A stretch of 64,000 nt of DNA from Clostridia bacterium (lineage in GTDB: Bacteria; Bacillota; Clostridia; Christensenellales; UBA1242). This document shows positions 9,153 through 18,854 of the stretch, one piece after another. The notes below the pieces were generated by a model that made no database searches, had not been told where the DNA came from, and saw only the letters and a list, made by a program, of their open reading frames with translations. The stretch spans positions 13,232 to 77,231 of the forward strand of contig JAGASX010000014.1 in the NCBI GenBank assembly GCA_017621525.1, in the 5' to 3' direction. The stretch's first letter is position 1. Every line of letters begins with the position of its first letter. A program made the position numbers and the translations under genes.

Positions 9153-9170
9153 AATCTTTTAAAAATCATA

Positions 9171-9199
9171 AAAAACCATAGGAAACCCTATGGTTTTTT
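9171..9199 (+). terminator. Intrinsic terminator
   Basis: CCATAGG-aaac-CCTATGG followed by a T-run. Confidence 0.8.
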
Positions 9200-9261
9200 G
9201 CTTTTTACATCTTGATTTTTTAAATATCTTTTAATATAATAATGCCAATGAGGGATTGGCC

Positions 9262-9789
9262 ATGCAAATTGGAAGATTAAAAATTCATTATACATATAAT
9301 GATAAAAAATATGAACAATTAAATGATATGTTATGCGATATGACGTATGAAGATTTAAAAGATTTTAATCGAAAAACCACACAAGAAATTGAAAAGTGTG
9401 AAGAAAAACGCAAAATTCAACTTAATGAAAAACTGTTTGCAAAAGGATTGATGATTGGCGGTATTGCGCTTTCAATTGCATCTCCGCTTGCAGGGGGAAT
9501 TTTAAAATCTTTAAGCATGCTTGCAATTGGTTTGACAACCTCAATTACCGGACACCTTGTGTATAAACGCAAAAACGTAAAACAACTTGTTTATAAACTT
9601 AAACTTATTCACTTAAAGTATATGCAAAGGGAATCGTCAAACGAAATTGTTGGAAGGCTTAACGGCACCTCAAAACAAAGTAAAATTCTTATGCAAAATA
9701 GGAAAGAAGTTTCAGAAGAAAAGGACAAAATTTTATCAAATCCACAACTTGCCAATGAAGAACTTGAAACAAACTCAGATCTTACATAA
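9262..9789 (+). CDS. Hypothetical membrane protein
   Basis: RBS GAGGGA lies 6 nt before ATG 9262. Two central hydrophobic helices (GLMIGGIALSIASPLAGGIL, LSMLAIGLTTSITGHLV). No known motif. Confidence 0.6.
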   Translation: MQIGRLKIHYTYNDKKYEQLNDMLCDMTYEDLKDFNRKTTQEIEKCEEKRKIQLNEKLFAKGLMIGGIALSIASPLAGGILKSLSMLAIGLTTSITGHLVYKRKNVKQLVYKLKLIHLKYMQRESSNEIVGRLNGTSKQSKILMQNRKEVSEEKDKILSNPQLANEELETNSDLT

Positions 9790-9814
9790 TAACGAAAATT
9801 ATACAAACAGTCTC

Positions 9815-9852
9815 ACGTTGCCATTTATCAAAATTAAAGGCAACGTTTTTTA
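9815..9852 (+). terminator. Intrinsic terminator
   Basis: ACGTTGCC ... GGCAACGT followed by T5. Confidence 0.7.
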
Positions 9853-9876
9853 TTTTCAAAACTGACTTAATTTTCC

Positions 9877-9905
9877 TTGACTTTGGGGTGGTTGTGTGAT
9901 ATAAT
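9877..9905 (+). promoter_or_regulatory. SigA promoter of the rplU operon (extended -10)
   Basis: TTGACT (9877-9882), 17 nt, TGaTATAAT (9897-9905). Confidence 0.65.
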
Positions 9906-9997
9906 CATCAACGTATCCGCATGAATAGGGTTTTTATTTAAGTCAACATTTGTTGCACCCGACATATCAGCGAGTTTGGTTAGAGGAGGTAAAAATT
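9906..9997 (+). promoter_or_regulatory. Possible L21 ribosomal-protein leader
   Basis: About 90-nt untranslated leader between the promoter and rplU, the position where Firmicutes carry the L21 leader. The structure was not verified by eye. Confidence 0.3.
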
Positions 9998-10306
9998 ATG
10001 TTCGCAGTAGTTCAATCTGGTGGAAAGCAATACACAGTAAGTGAAAACGATGTTATCAGCGTTGAAAAACTTTCAAACGCTGTTGGCGATAAAGTTACAC
10101 TTGATGTTATGCTTATCAGTGATAATGGAACTGTTGTTGCTGGCAATCCTTTGGTTGCAGGTGCAGTATGTGAGGCAGAAGTTGTTGCTCACGGAAAGGG
10201 CGATAAAATCGTTGTTTTCAAATACAAACCTAAGAAAAACGAAAGAAAGAAGCAAGGACACAGACAACCATTCACTCAATTAAAAATTTTATCAATCAAA
10301 AAGTAA
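9998..10306 (+). CDS. rplU: 50S ribosomal protein L21
   Basis: [25 protein letters not shown]... Strong RBS GAGGAGG. The track's start at 9950 is upstream of the RBS. Confidence 0.95.
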   Translation: MFAVVQSGGKQYTVSENDVISVEKLSNAVGDKVTLDVMLISDNGTVVAGNPLVAGAVCEAEVVAHGKGDKIVVFKYKPKKNERKKQGHRQPFTQLKILSIKK

Positions 10307-10315
10307 GGCGTTTTT

Positions 10316-10633
10316 ATGACAAAAATTACTTTTTACAAAACTGATGATTTGATAGTGGGTTTTGAGGTGTGCGGGCACACGGGAAAAGATGATTTTGGCA
10401 AAGACTTGTTGTGTTGTCAAATTTCCACAGTTGCGCAAGTTGCAGTTGTTGGCGTTCAAGAGGTATTAAAACTTAATGCTTTTTGTGAAATATCCGACGG
10501 CTATTTAAAAGTTAAGGTGCAAAAAAATGATGCCCCAAAGGTGCAAATTTTGTTTGAAACCTGCCTGCAATCCTTTAAATCAATTATCATAGATGAAAAA
10601 AAATATGCAAAATTGGAGGTAAAAAATGTTTAA
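10316..10633 (+). CDS. prp: Ribosomal-processing cysteine protease Prp (YsxB family)
   Basis: GFEVCGHTG catalytic motif. Located between rplU and rpmA as in Bacillus and Staphylococcus. Confidence 0.85.
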   Translation: MTKITFYKTDDLIVGFEVCGHTGKDDFGKDLLCCQISTVAQVAVVGVQEVLKLNAFCEISDGYLKVKVQKNDAPKVQILFETCLQSFKSIIIDEKKYAKLEVKNV

Positions 10634-10901
10634 GTTTAATGCTCAACTTTTTGCTCATAAAAAGGGTGGTGGTTCTTCAAAGAACGGTCGTGAATCTCAA
10701 AGTAAACGTTTGGGAGTTAAGGCTTACAGCGGAGAAAATGTAACTGCTGGCTCAATTATTGTAAGACAAAGAGGCACAAAAGTTTACCCAGGCGTAAACG
10801 TTGGCCTTGGCAAAGACTATACACTTTTCGCACTTTGTGATGGAAAGGTTAAGTTTGGCGTGTCAAACGGCAAAAAGATTGTATCAATCGTAACTGAATA
10901 A
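10626..10901 (+). CDS. rpmA: 50S ribosomal protein L27 with cleavable N-terminal extension
   Basis: [32 protein letters not shown]. The FA|H junction matches the known Prp cleavage context. Confidence 0.95.
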   Translation: MFKFNAQLFAHKKGGGSSKNGRESQSKRLGVKAYSGENVTAGSIIVRQRGTKVYPGVNVGLGKDYTLFALCDGKVKFGVSNGKKIVSIVTE

Positions 10902-10903
10902 TA

Positions 10904-10931
10904 AAAAGATAGCAATTTATGCTATCTTTTT
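10904..10931. terminator. Bidirectional intrinsic terminator
   Basis: AAGATAGCA-attta-TGCTATCTT flanked by A and T runs. Confidence 0.75.
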
Positions 10932-11455
10932 TATTTTTCTTCATTTTCAATATTTATTTCTAAGTTATTTTCTTCATCACTTTTTTCAACTTCTTGCTTT
11001 TCTTCCAATTTCTGTCCCTCAATTTGTTTATTTACAACCTTTATGCCAATATATCCCAAAACAAGTGTGGCACAAGAAATTGCATTTGTAAGCAAAATTG
11101 TAAAGTTTTCCGCCTGTACAGGGTAAATCATTGCATATCGTGCAACGCATAAAGCAATTATGTTGAAAAGCAAAACACACGATAGAGAAAGGATATTTAA
11201 AACTTCTTTTACTTTTTCATTCTTAATGTGTTTATAAAACATCATTGCAATCAAGGTTATAATCGCCAACAGACTGAAAATTGTGCACGCAACGAAATTT
11301 CCACGAGAGCCCTTGTAAGCAGGGTATATGTTTGCATCAGAAGGTATTTCAACGCCTCCTAAAAAAATAATGTGCATAATCACACTTGTTATAAGTGAAA
11401 CCACAGATAGTGCAAAAATAATTACAAAAATTTGTCTTATATCTTCTTTTTTCAT
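10931..11455 (-). CDS. Hypothetical polytopic membrane protein with acidic C-terminal tail
   Basis: Four to five hydrophobic helices. RBS GGAGAT precedes the ATG. No recognised family. Confidence 0.6.
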   Translation of the reverse strand: MKKEDIRQIFVIIFALSVVSLITSVIMHIIFLGGVEIPSDANIYPAYKGSRGNFVACTIFSLLAIITLIAMMFYKHIKNEKVKEVLNILSLSCVLLFNIIALCVARYAMIYPVQAENFTILLTNAISCATLVLGYIGIKVVNKQIEGQKLEEKQEVEKSDEENNLEINIENEEK

Positions 11456-11554
11456 AATATCTCCTTTTTTTCATTATAAATAAAAAGAATGTAATTTACA
11501 ACTAAAATAATAAAAAATCTTTTCTTTTTAATGAAAATATAGTAAAATATTTAT

Positions 11555-12379
11555 ATGAAATATAAAGTCATAAATGATACTATAGAAGTTTATTCAAAAG
11601 AGGAATTTAACCCGCAACATATTTTGGAATGTGGTCAGGTTTTTTGTTTTCATAAAGAGGGCGAAAAATATCTGTTATATCCACAAAACCAATACGCAGA
11701 AATTTGGGAAGAGAGTGAAAAATATGTTATTTCCACCAAAAATCCACAATATTTTGTAAAATATTTGGCACTTAACCAAAATTATCAGCAAATTAAAGAA
11801 GAGTTGTCCAAATTTGAAATTATGCAAAATCCATTAAAATTCGGCTATGGCATAAGAATTTTAAAACAAAACCTTTTTGAAACGCTTATTTCTTTTATCA
11901 TTTCTGCAAACAACAACATAAAAAGAATTACCCTTATCTTAAACAATCTTCGCAGAGAATTGGGCGAAAGAAATGAAGAAATTTATTCATTCCCATCACA
12001 TGATGCACTAAAAAATTGCGACAAAGAATTTTTTAAACGCATGGGTGCAGGTTATCGGGCGGACTATTTGGTAAAGGTGTGCAAACAAATTACGCCTGAA
12101 ATTTTGCAAGAGTATGACCAACTGCCAACCCCTCAATTGCGGAACAAACTTATTGAACTTGCAGGTGTTGGCCCCAAAGTTGCTGACTGCGTTTTGCTGT
12201 TTGGTTATAATCGAGGGGACGTCTTTCCTGTGGACACATGGATTGAAAAAATGTACAATCAATATTTCCCGATAGAGTGCAATCGAGAGAAAATAAGAAA
12301 CAATCTCGTTGCCATGTTTGGCAATCTTTCAGGTCAGGCTCAACAATATCTGTTTTACTATCAACGCTCGGGGAAATAG
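11555..12379 (+). CDS. ogg: 8-oxoguanine DNA glycosylase / HhH-GPD family (OGG1 type)
   Basis: HhH-GPD signature LIELAGVGPKVADCVLLFGYNRGDVFPVDTWI. N-terminal OGG-like domain (ECGQVFCF). Confidence 0.85.
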   Translation: MKYKVINDTIEVYSKEEFNPQHILECGQVFCFHKEGEKYLLYPQNQYAEIWEESEKYVISTKNPQYFVKYLALNQNYQQIKEELSKFEIMQNPLKFGYGIRILKQNLFETLISFIISANNNIKRITLILNNLRRELGERNEEIYSFPSHDALKNCDKEFFKRMGAGYRADYLVKVCKQITPEILQEYDQLPTPQLRNKLIELAGVGPKVADCVLLFGYNRGDVFPVDTWIEKMYNQYFPIECNREKIRNNLVAMFGNLSGQAQQYLFYYQRSGK

Positions 12380-12493
12380 CAAAAAAGATGAAAATTTTGT
12401 TGTTTTTTGCTGATTTTATATACTTTTTCTAAATTTTGCCTATTTACATCGCCAATTCAATGTGGTATACTAAATGGGTAAAAGAGGTGAAAA

Positions 12494-13513
12494 ATGAATT
12501 TATCAACACTTTTGGCTTTCGGCACAACAGAAATTGTTCTTGTATCTGTGTTCGGGGCAATTCTTATTGGACTTATCGTTTATTTATGCTTTGTACCTAT
12601 GAAAAATTGGTTTACTGCACTTTTTTCTGGTGCATATATCCCAACCTTTAAACTTGTGGGAATTAAAAATAGAAAACTTGATGTAAACGCAATTGTTGAA
12701 GCCTACGTTATGGCTAAAAAGGGCAAACATGGTATTAAACTTGCTCAAATTGAAAGCCTTGTTCTTTCTGGCGGCGATGCCAAAGCGGTTATTGGTGCAT
12801 TAAACTTTGCAAAACATAGCAACCTTAATCTTTCATTTGACCTTGCATCTGCAATAGAACTTTCTTCACACAATGTTATGCAGGTTGTTTCTGACGCAAT
12901 CAACACAAGAGTTGTTACAATTGAAAATGTAAGCGGTTACGCGATTGACAAGGTGGAAGTTATTGCAAACATCAACATTTCTGTAAAACTTAAAATGGAA
13001 AAATATGTTGACGGCTTGGGCTTGGAAGAACTTAAAACAACAATCGCATCATGCATTATGGAAAATATTGTAAAAGCAGAAAGTCATCAAACTTTATTGA
13101 AAGAGCCAAACAAATATCTTCTTTCAAACATTGATTTTCGTGCAGTAACAGCAAAGTCTATGTACACCATTCTTGACATCAATGTTGGCGGAGTGCAAAC
13201 AGGACGCGATATAAATGCTGAAATAGAACTTCGTGCCATTGAAAAGGAAAAACTTTACGCGCAAATAGAGGCCGAGCGCAACAAACACGCAGAAGAGATG
13301 AAAGAACTTCGTCAAAGAACAAAAACAGAGGAAATCAAAGGCCAACTTATTGAGGCTGAAAAGGGTATTCCACTTGCAATCACACAGGCAATCAAAGAGG
13401 GGCGTTTTTCTATTATGGATTACTATAAACTGATGAATTTGCAGGCAGACACAGCAATGAGAAAGGCTTTTGTATCCGACAAAAAAGCAGATGATGACGA
13501 GGAAGAATTTTAA
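12494..13513 (+). CDS. floA: Flotillin-like protein FloA (YqfA/UPF0365)
   Basis: Collinear by eye with B. subtilis FloA (N-terminal TM, GIKLAQIESLVLSGGDAKAVIGAL, IPLAITQAIKEGRFSIMDYYKLMNLQADTAMR). Confidence 0.88.
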   Translation: MNLSTLLAFGTTEIVLVSVFGAILIGLIVYLCFVPMKNWFTALFSGAYIPTFKLVGIKNRKLDVNAIVEAYVMAKKGKHGIKLAQIESLVLSGGDAKAVIGALNFAKHSNLNLSFDLASAIELSSHNVMQVVSDAINTRVVTIENVSGYAIDKVEVIANINISVKLKMEKYVDGLGLEELKTTIASCIMENIVKAESHQTLLKEPNKYLLSNIDFRAVTAKSMYTILDINVGGVQTGRDINAEIELRAIEKEKLYAQIEAERNKHAEEMKELRQRTKTEEIKGQLIEAEKGIPLAITQAIKEGRFSIMDYYKLMNLQADTAMRKAFVSDKKADDDEEEF

Positions 13514-14046
13514 TGAAAGCATGGCAAATTATTTTAATTGTTTGTAGCGGGCTGTTGCTTTTGTTTATACTTTTTATCATTGGAATAAGAAGGGCAAACA
13601 AAAAAAGATACTATCGTCTGCGAGATAATCTAAAAAAAGTGCAACAAGAAAAGGAAGAACTTGCACGCGAGGGTGATGCCTCTTTTCACACGGGTAATGT
13701 TAAGGTAGAACTTTCGCCAGATGTGGATAAGATGAACAACCACTCCTATGAAGATGTTGACCTTGCCGAGCTTGATATTGAAGATGTTTCGCAAACTCCA
13801 CAACAAAATACAACAGACGAAATAAAGGAAGACCAAGCAGAATTTGACACAACACCTTTGCTTGATAAAACAGAAAGGGAAAGAGAAAAAGATTATCGCC
13901 GAGATAAAGAATTTGAAAAATTTTTAGATGAACATTCTTTTTCCAGAAAGGTTCTTGACAAAAAAATGCTTAACAAACTTAAACAATTACAACCTGAAAT
14001 GCAAAAAGTTTTGCTTGATAACATTTTTACCAAATTTGATGATTAA
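13513..14046 (+). CDS. Hypothetical membrane-anchored acidic protein (in the yqfB position)
   Basis: TAATG overlap with floA. One N-terminal TM helix, then a charged low-complexity region. Confidence 0.55.
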   Translation: MKAWQIILIVCSGLLLLFILFIIGIRRANKKRYYRLRDNLKKVQQEKEELAREGDASFHTGNVKVELSPDVDKMNNHSYEDVDLAELDIEDVSQTPQQNTTDEIKEDQAEFDTTPLLDKTEREREKDYRRDKEFEKFLDEHSFSRKVLDKKMLNKLKQLQPEMQKVLLDNIFTKFDD

Positions 14047-14102
14047 AAAATAAATATAAATAAAATTGAACACGCATATTCTATCTTACACGGAGGAATA
14101 AA

Positions 14103-14366
14103 GTGTTCAATTTTTTTGATGAAATAAAAGGCAAATCGCAAAAGTGTAAGGATAAAATTTTTGACTTTAACCTTGTGAATATGTCTGGCGGAATTTTATA
14201 TGTAGAGGGGCATATGGGACTTACAATTTTAAGCCCGTCAACGATTGCATTCAAGGTTAAAAGTGGTCGAGTTGTGGTGGAGGGGCAATGTATGTCGCTT
14301 ACAGAACTGACCAGCAACACAATGCTTATTGAGGGTAAAATTCAAAAAACGGAGATTTTTTCATGA
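14103..14366 (+). CDS. yqfC: YabP/YqfC-family sporulation protein
   Basis: 87 aa with the pattern GGILYVEGHMGLTILSPSTIAFKVKSGRVVVEGQCMSLTELTSNTMLIEGKI. GGAGGA RBS plus GTG start. Synteny floA-yqfC-yqfD. Confidence 0.72.
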   Translation: MFNFFDEIKGKSQKCKDKIFDFNLVNMSGGILYVEGHMGLTILSPSTIAFKVKSGRVVVEGQCMSLTELTSNTMLIEGKIQKTEIFS

Positions 14367-15487
14367 AAAAAGGTGGAAAAACAAGATTTGTTGTAAAGGG
14401 TTTAAATCAAGAGCGGATTATAAACAAACTTTCACAAAAGGTGAATATTTACAACTTAAAACGAAGTGAGTATAACATTTGCCAATTTGAAACCGACTTT
14501 TATAAAAGCAAAACTGCAAAAAAATTTCTTCAAGAAAACGGCATGGAAATTTTGTCATTTCATCATTTTGGATTATGGGCAAAAATCAAACGCCTTGCAA
14601 CTTCCTATGGGCTTATTTGTGCACTTGCTTGTTCAAGCATTTTTTATGGCCTGCAATACCAATTCATTTGCAAAATAGAAGTGTATGGCGAAGTACAAGT
14701 TGAAGAGAGGGAAATAAAAAATTTTTTAAATTCAACTCTTCATAGTCGAGCAAAAAGCATGATAAACACAAAACAACTTGAAATGCAGGTGAAAGAAAAT
14801 TTCAGCGAAATAAGTTCAATAAGCATAGCAATTGTTGGACAAACCCTTGTGGTGAATGTAAATGAGGCTGTTACGCCGGAAGAAATGGTTGGCGACTATA
14901 AACCAATAATCAGCAATTTTGACGGAATAATCACAAAAATTCAACTAATTCAAGGCACTATGGCGATAAATGAGGGCGATATTGTCAAAAAAGGCGACAT
15001 TCTTGTTTATCCTTACATTATTGATAGCCAAGGTGGGCAAATTGACGTTGCGCCAAAGGCTGAAATATATGCCGACATTTGGCTTCAAGAAAGGGTTGTT
15101 CATTATGAATATCAAATAATCACAAAACGCACAGGAGAGGTTTTGCAAAAAGATGTTGTTTTGCTGAACAACTTGCCAATATATCAACGTGGCGAAGAAA
15201 ATGCATTTGAAGAATATGAGGTTGAAGAGAGTATTTTTGATTTGTCCAAAAATTTGATTTTGCCACTTAAACTTAAACGCACAATATATCATCAAACCTG
15301 TACACAGGAAATTATTGCACCATTTGAAGAGAAAAAAGATGAAATAATTGCCTTTGCACGAGAAAAAACCTTGATTTTTGTGCAAGAAAATGAGATAATA
15401 AAGGAGGAAAACTATACTATTCGCCAAATGGGCGGTTGCTATGAAGTTTGCTATATTGCAACCGTCAGCAGAAACATAGGAGGATAA
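14363..15487 (+). CDS. yqfD: Sporulation protein YqfD (stage IV-like)
   Basis: ATGA overlap with yqfC. Size, central TM segment (ICALACSSIFYGL) and position match YqfD. Confidence 0.7.
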   Translation: MKKGGKTRFVVKGLNQERIINKLSQKVNIYNLKRSEYNICQFETDFYKSKTAKKFLQENGMEILSFHHFGLWAKIKRLATSYGLICALACSSIFYGLQYQFICKIEVYGEVQVEEREIKNFLNSTLHSRAKSMINTKQLEMQVKENFSEISSISIAIVGQTLVVNVNEAVTPEEMVGDYKPIISNFDGIITKIQLIQGTMAINEGDIVKKGDILVYPYIIDSQGGQIDVAPKAEIYADIWLQERVVHYEYQIITKRTGEVLQKDVVLLNNLPIYQRGEENAFEEYEVEESIFDLSKNLILPLKLKRTIYHQTCTQEIIAPFEEKKDEIIAFAREKTLIFVQENEIIKEENYTIRQMGGCYEVCYIATVSRNIGG

Positions 15488-15973
15488 ATGACAATAACTT
15501 TTGAAAATGTGGGAAGAAAATACCGCAAACTTATCACAAAAATTTATGACGAGGCACTTAAAGAAACGCAAAATGACCATAATCTTGTGTGGGCAACAAT
15601 AACATTTGTTGATAAAGTAAGAATTGCCCAACTTAACAAATCTTTCCGCAATGTAGATCGGGCAACAGACGTGCTTTCTTTTCCTATGCTTAATATAAAA
15701 TACCCTCAAAAACTTGCTGACTTTAAAAGAGAGAATGAGCCTGACGGAAGCCTTTACCTTGGTGATGTTGTAATTTGCAAAAAGGTCGCAAAGGAGCAGG
15801 CAAAACAATTTGGGCACAGCAAAAAACGCGAAGTGGGATTTTTGGCACTTCATGGACTTTTGCATCTTTTGGGATATGACCATATTGAAGAAGATGATGA
15901 AAAAATTATGATTGCCACAAGCAAAAAAATACTTGAAAATCTTTCAATCACAAGGGGAAAGCAAAATGTTTAG
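15488..15973 (+). CDS. ybeY: rRNA maturation endoribonuclease YbeY
   Basis: Zinc motif HGLLHLLGYDH. Lies upstream of era. Confidence 0.92.
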   Translation: MTITFENVGRKYRKLITKIYDEALKETQNDHNLVWATITFVDKVRIAQLNKSFRNVDRATDVLSFPMLNIKYPQKLADFKRENEPDGSLYLGDVVICKKVAKEQAKQFGHSKKREVGFLALHGLLHLLGYDHIEEDDEKIMIATSKKILENLSITRGKQNV

Positions 15974-16802
15974 GGCGGGATACGTTGCCCTTGTAGGCAA
16001 GCCAAATGCCGGCAAAAGCAGTTTGGTAAATGCCCTTGTTGGCGAAAAGGTTGCCATTATTTCAGCAAAGCCTCAAACAACAAGAGAAAATATTTTGGGC
16101 GTGCTTACGCGAGATGACGGACAAATCGTTTTTGTGGATACTCCGGGTATTCACCATACCAAAAACGCACTTTCAAAAGCGATGATGAAAAATGTTCGCT
16201 CTGCGGTTTCTGGTGTTGACCTTGTTTTGTATCTTATTGACGGCACAACCTTGCCAGACAGTGAAGAAGAGGAATATATTGCTCACTTAGGGGAGAACAA
16301 ACTTGTTGTAAGAAGCAAAATTGACCTGCCAAAGCAGAAACCTTTCAACAGTGATATTCAAATTTCATCGCAAACGGGTGAAAATTTGCAGGTTTTGCTT
16401 GAAAAAATATTAGAAAAACTTCCACAGTACAGCCAACCAACATATATTTTTGAACCTGATTATTACACCGACAAAAGCGTAAAATTTTTAATTGCCGAGG
16501 AAATTCGCGAAAAGGCATTAAACCTTTTACATCAAGAGGTGCCACACGGCATTGCGGTTGAAATTATTAAATTTGATGAGCAAGAAAATGTTGTGTTTAT
16601 TGATGCAGATATTGTCTGTGAACAGGAAAGACACAAAGGCATGATAATTGGCAAGGGTGGCGAAATGCTTAAAAAGATAGGAAGCCAAACCAGAACTTTT
16701 GCCGAGCAACTTTTGGATAAAAAAATTATGCTTAAACTTTTTGTAAAGGTGGAACGCGATTGGCGCAACAAACCAGAAAAGGTAAAACATTTAGGATATT
16801 AA
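15966..16802 (+). CDS. era: GTPase Era
   Basis: MFRAGYVALVGKPNAGKSSL (G1), DTPG (G3), C-terminal KH domain (IIGKGGEMLKKIG). The track start at 15912 overlaps ybeY, so ATG 15966 is preferred. Confidence 0.94.
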   Translation: MFRAGYVALVGKPNAGKSSLVNALVGEKVAIISAKPQTTRENILGVLTRDDGQIVFVDTPGIHHTKNALSKAMMKNVRSAVSGVDLVLYLIDGTTLPDSEEEEYIAHLGENKLVVRSKIDLPKQKPFNSDIQISSQTGENLQVLLEKILEKLPQYSQPTYIFEPDYYTDKSVKFLIAEEIREKALNLLHQEVPHGIAVEIIKFDEQENVVFIDADIVCEQERHKGMIIGKGGEMLKKIGSQTRTFAEQLLDKKIMLKLFVKVERDWRNKPEKVKHLGY

Positions 16803-16830
16803 AAAACAGAGGTTAACCCTCTGTTTTTGT
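16803..16830. terminator. Bidirectional intrinsic terminator
   Basis: CAGAGG-ttaac-CCTCTG flanked by an A-run and a T-run. Confidence 0.8.
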
Positions 16831-16833
16831 TTT

Positions 16834-17517
16834 TTATTCTTCAATTTTTTCTTTTTTGTCAGCCTGCAAAATTGTGTGTGCAAGAATACATTCGGCAGGG
16901 TAGTAAGTTATAAGGCAAAGCAAACCAAGTGCTATGCCCGGTATGTCTGTGAAAACATTAAACACAAGCATAAGGTCAGAGAAGAAGAAAAGCCCACTTC
17001 CTACAAGCATCAAAATGTTGAGAAGATTTCTTTCACGAATAACGTTTGAAATTGCCTTGCCTAACATAAGAGAAATGATAAGCGCGTAGAAAATGCAGAG
17101 AAGTAGCATCATTGTATCAAAGTTAAACAGTGGCACCAAGGTAAGCACAAGCACTGCAACCGTAAAGATAATTCCGCCGGCGATAAGGTCTGTCCATTTA
17201 AAGCGTGCAATAAAGCAATATGAAATGAAGAAGAATATATGGCCAATTGCAAAGAGAATTGCACCAATCATAAAGTTGATTTCAAGCAATATGTCGCCCA
17301 GCATTGCAAACACAAGCCCAATAAACATAATAATTGCATATTTTAAATTGATTTTCTTTGAAATAATTGCATAAACAAGGTTGATAAGCCCAATAAGCAC
17401 AAATCCTGCACTTGTTATACTTTTCAGCCATAAATGCCCATACGATATATAAAACGCATCGCCAACAAGCACCAAAAGTGCAAGAATAATGTTGAATATA
17501 AAAAATTGTTTTTTCAT
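16834..17517 (-). CDS. YhhN-family (lysoplasmalogenase-like) membrane protein
   Basis: Seven to eight TM helices with LGDILLEI, GHIFFFISY and FFFSDLML patterns typical of YhhN/TMEM86. Confidence 0.55.
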   Translation of the reverse strand: MKKQFFIFNIILALLVLVGDAFYISYGHLWLKSITSAGFVLIGLINLVYAIISKKINLKYAIIMFIGLVFAMLGDILLEINFMIGAILFAIGHIFFFISYCFIARFKWTDLIAGGIIFTVAVLVLTLVPLFNFDTMMLLLCIFYALIISLMLGKAISNVIRERNLLNILMLVGSGLFFFSDLMLVFNVFTDIPGIALGLLCLITYYPAECILAHTILQADKKEKIEE

Positions 17518-17527
17518 TTGTTTCTCC

Positions 17528-18727
17528 TTAATCTTTAATTTGTTTGTAAATTTCTGTTATTTCTTTTTCCGACCATATCACAGGCACGGGATAGAGTGGG
17601 TTTGCCTCATGCAGGGCAGTTTTTGCAAGAAGTGGAATGTCCTCTTCCTTTATGCAGGAAATTTTGTTGCCAATTTCCATTTGTCTATTCATGTCATCAA
17701 TTTTGGCTATAAAAATTTTTGCCCCAGCCTCTTTTGAGGTGCTTTTATCAAAAAGTCCCGCATAAATGCCCATTTTCCACAATTTTTTGTAAATTTTCTT
17801 GCCATAAGCCCTTAAAACATAGGGCAGTATAATCGCATTTGCAAGCCCATGGGGTAAGTCATATTTACCGCCAAGCGAATGGGCAATTGCGTGCACATAA
17901 CCAACATAGGATTTTGTGAAAGCAAGCCCTGCGTGAAAAGATGCCAAAAGCATATTTTGTCTTGCCATAACGTCTGCACCATTTTCATAAACCTTTGGCA
18001 GATTTTCAAAAATGGTTTTCACGGCATAAAGCGCAGATTTGCGCGTGCCGGGTGTGGTGCTTTTGCCAATGTATGCCTCAATTGCGTGCGTAAGTGCATC
18101 CATGCCGGTAGTAGAGGTTATATGCTTTGGCAAACCCAAAGTAAGTTTTGCATCAAGCATGGCGTATTTTGGTATAAGTGGGAAGTCGTTTATTGCATAT
18201 TTGTGCCGTGTTTGACTGTCTGTGATAACAGATGCAAGCGTGGTTTCGCTTCCCGTGCCGGCAGTGGTAGGAATTGCAATAAGCAGAGGAATTTTCTTCC
18301 TAACTTTCATAACCCCTTTCATTTGCGAAAGGCTTTTCTTTGGTTTTGCAATTCTTGCACCAGCCCCTTTTGCGCAGTCCATAACTGAGCCACCGCCAAA
18401 GGCGATAATTGCCCCACAACCCCCATTTTTGTAAACTTGCACACAATCTTCAACATTTTGCGAGGTAGGGTTTGGTACAACGCCCTCAAAAGCGTGCACA
18501 TCTATGCCATTTTCAGCAAGGCAACTTTCAACCGCATTTGTAAGCCCAAGCCCACGAATACCCCTGTCTGTTACCAGCAAAACACTTGTAATGTCAGCCC
18601 TTTTTAAAACTTCGACAAGCCCTTTTTCATCTTTTAAAATTTTTGGTTTTCTGTAAGGCAGAAAGGGCAGTGCCAATTTAAAAACAAGTTGATACCCACG
18701 ATAATATATTTTCTTAAAAATATTCAT
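17528..18727 (-). CDS. Iron-containing (group III) alcohol dehydrogenase
   Basis: GGGSVMDCAKG, IPTTAGTGSE and DALTHAIEAY motifs. Confidence 0.87.
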   Translation of the reverse strand: MNIFKKIYYRGYQLVFKLALPFLPYRKPKILKDEKGLVEVLKRADITSVLLVTDRGIRGLGLTNAVESCLAENGIDVHAFEGVVPNPTSQNVEDCVQVYKNGGCGAIIAFGGGSVMDCAKGAGARIAKPKKSLSQMKGVMKVRKKIPLLIAIPTTAGTGSETTLASVITDSQTRHKYAINDFPLIPKYAMLDAKLTLGLPKHITSTTGMDALTHAIEAYIGKSTTPGTRKSALYAVKTIFENLPKVYENGADVMARQNMLLASFHAGLAFTKSYVGYVHAIAHSLGGKYDLPHGLANAIILPYVLRAYGKKIYKKLWKMGIYAGLFDKSTSKEAGAKIFIAKIDDMNRQMEIGNKISCIKEEDIPLLAKTALHEANPLYPVPVIWSEKEITEIYKQIKD

Positions 18728-18854
18728 TTCAATTTCCTATTGTTATGATAGGCAAAAATCACTTCTTTTGTCAACAAAATTTTGTCGAAAAAGCAAATTG
18801 CCTCTTGTTTTGTTGTTTTAAATATGTTAAGATAAAGTAACGAGGGAGATTTTT

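Noticed and set aside
14945-15883. 312-aa minus-strand ORF.
   Set aside because: It is antisense to well-supported yqfD and ybeY, is Cys/Phe/Ile-rich and has no RBS, so it is a typical shadow ORF. The same reasoning applies to 44423-45388, 7158-7892, 20637-21317, 59149-59688, 60522-61025, 31962-32510, 40802-41266 and 47630-48040.
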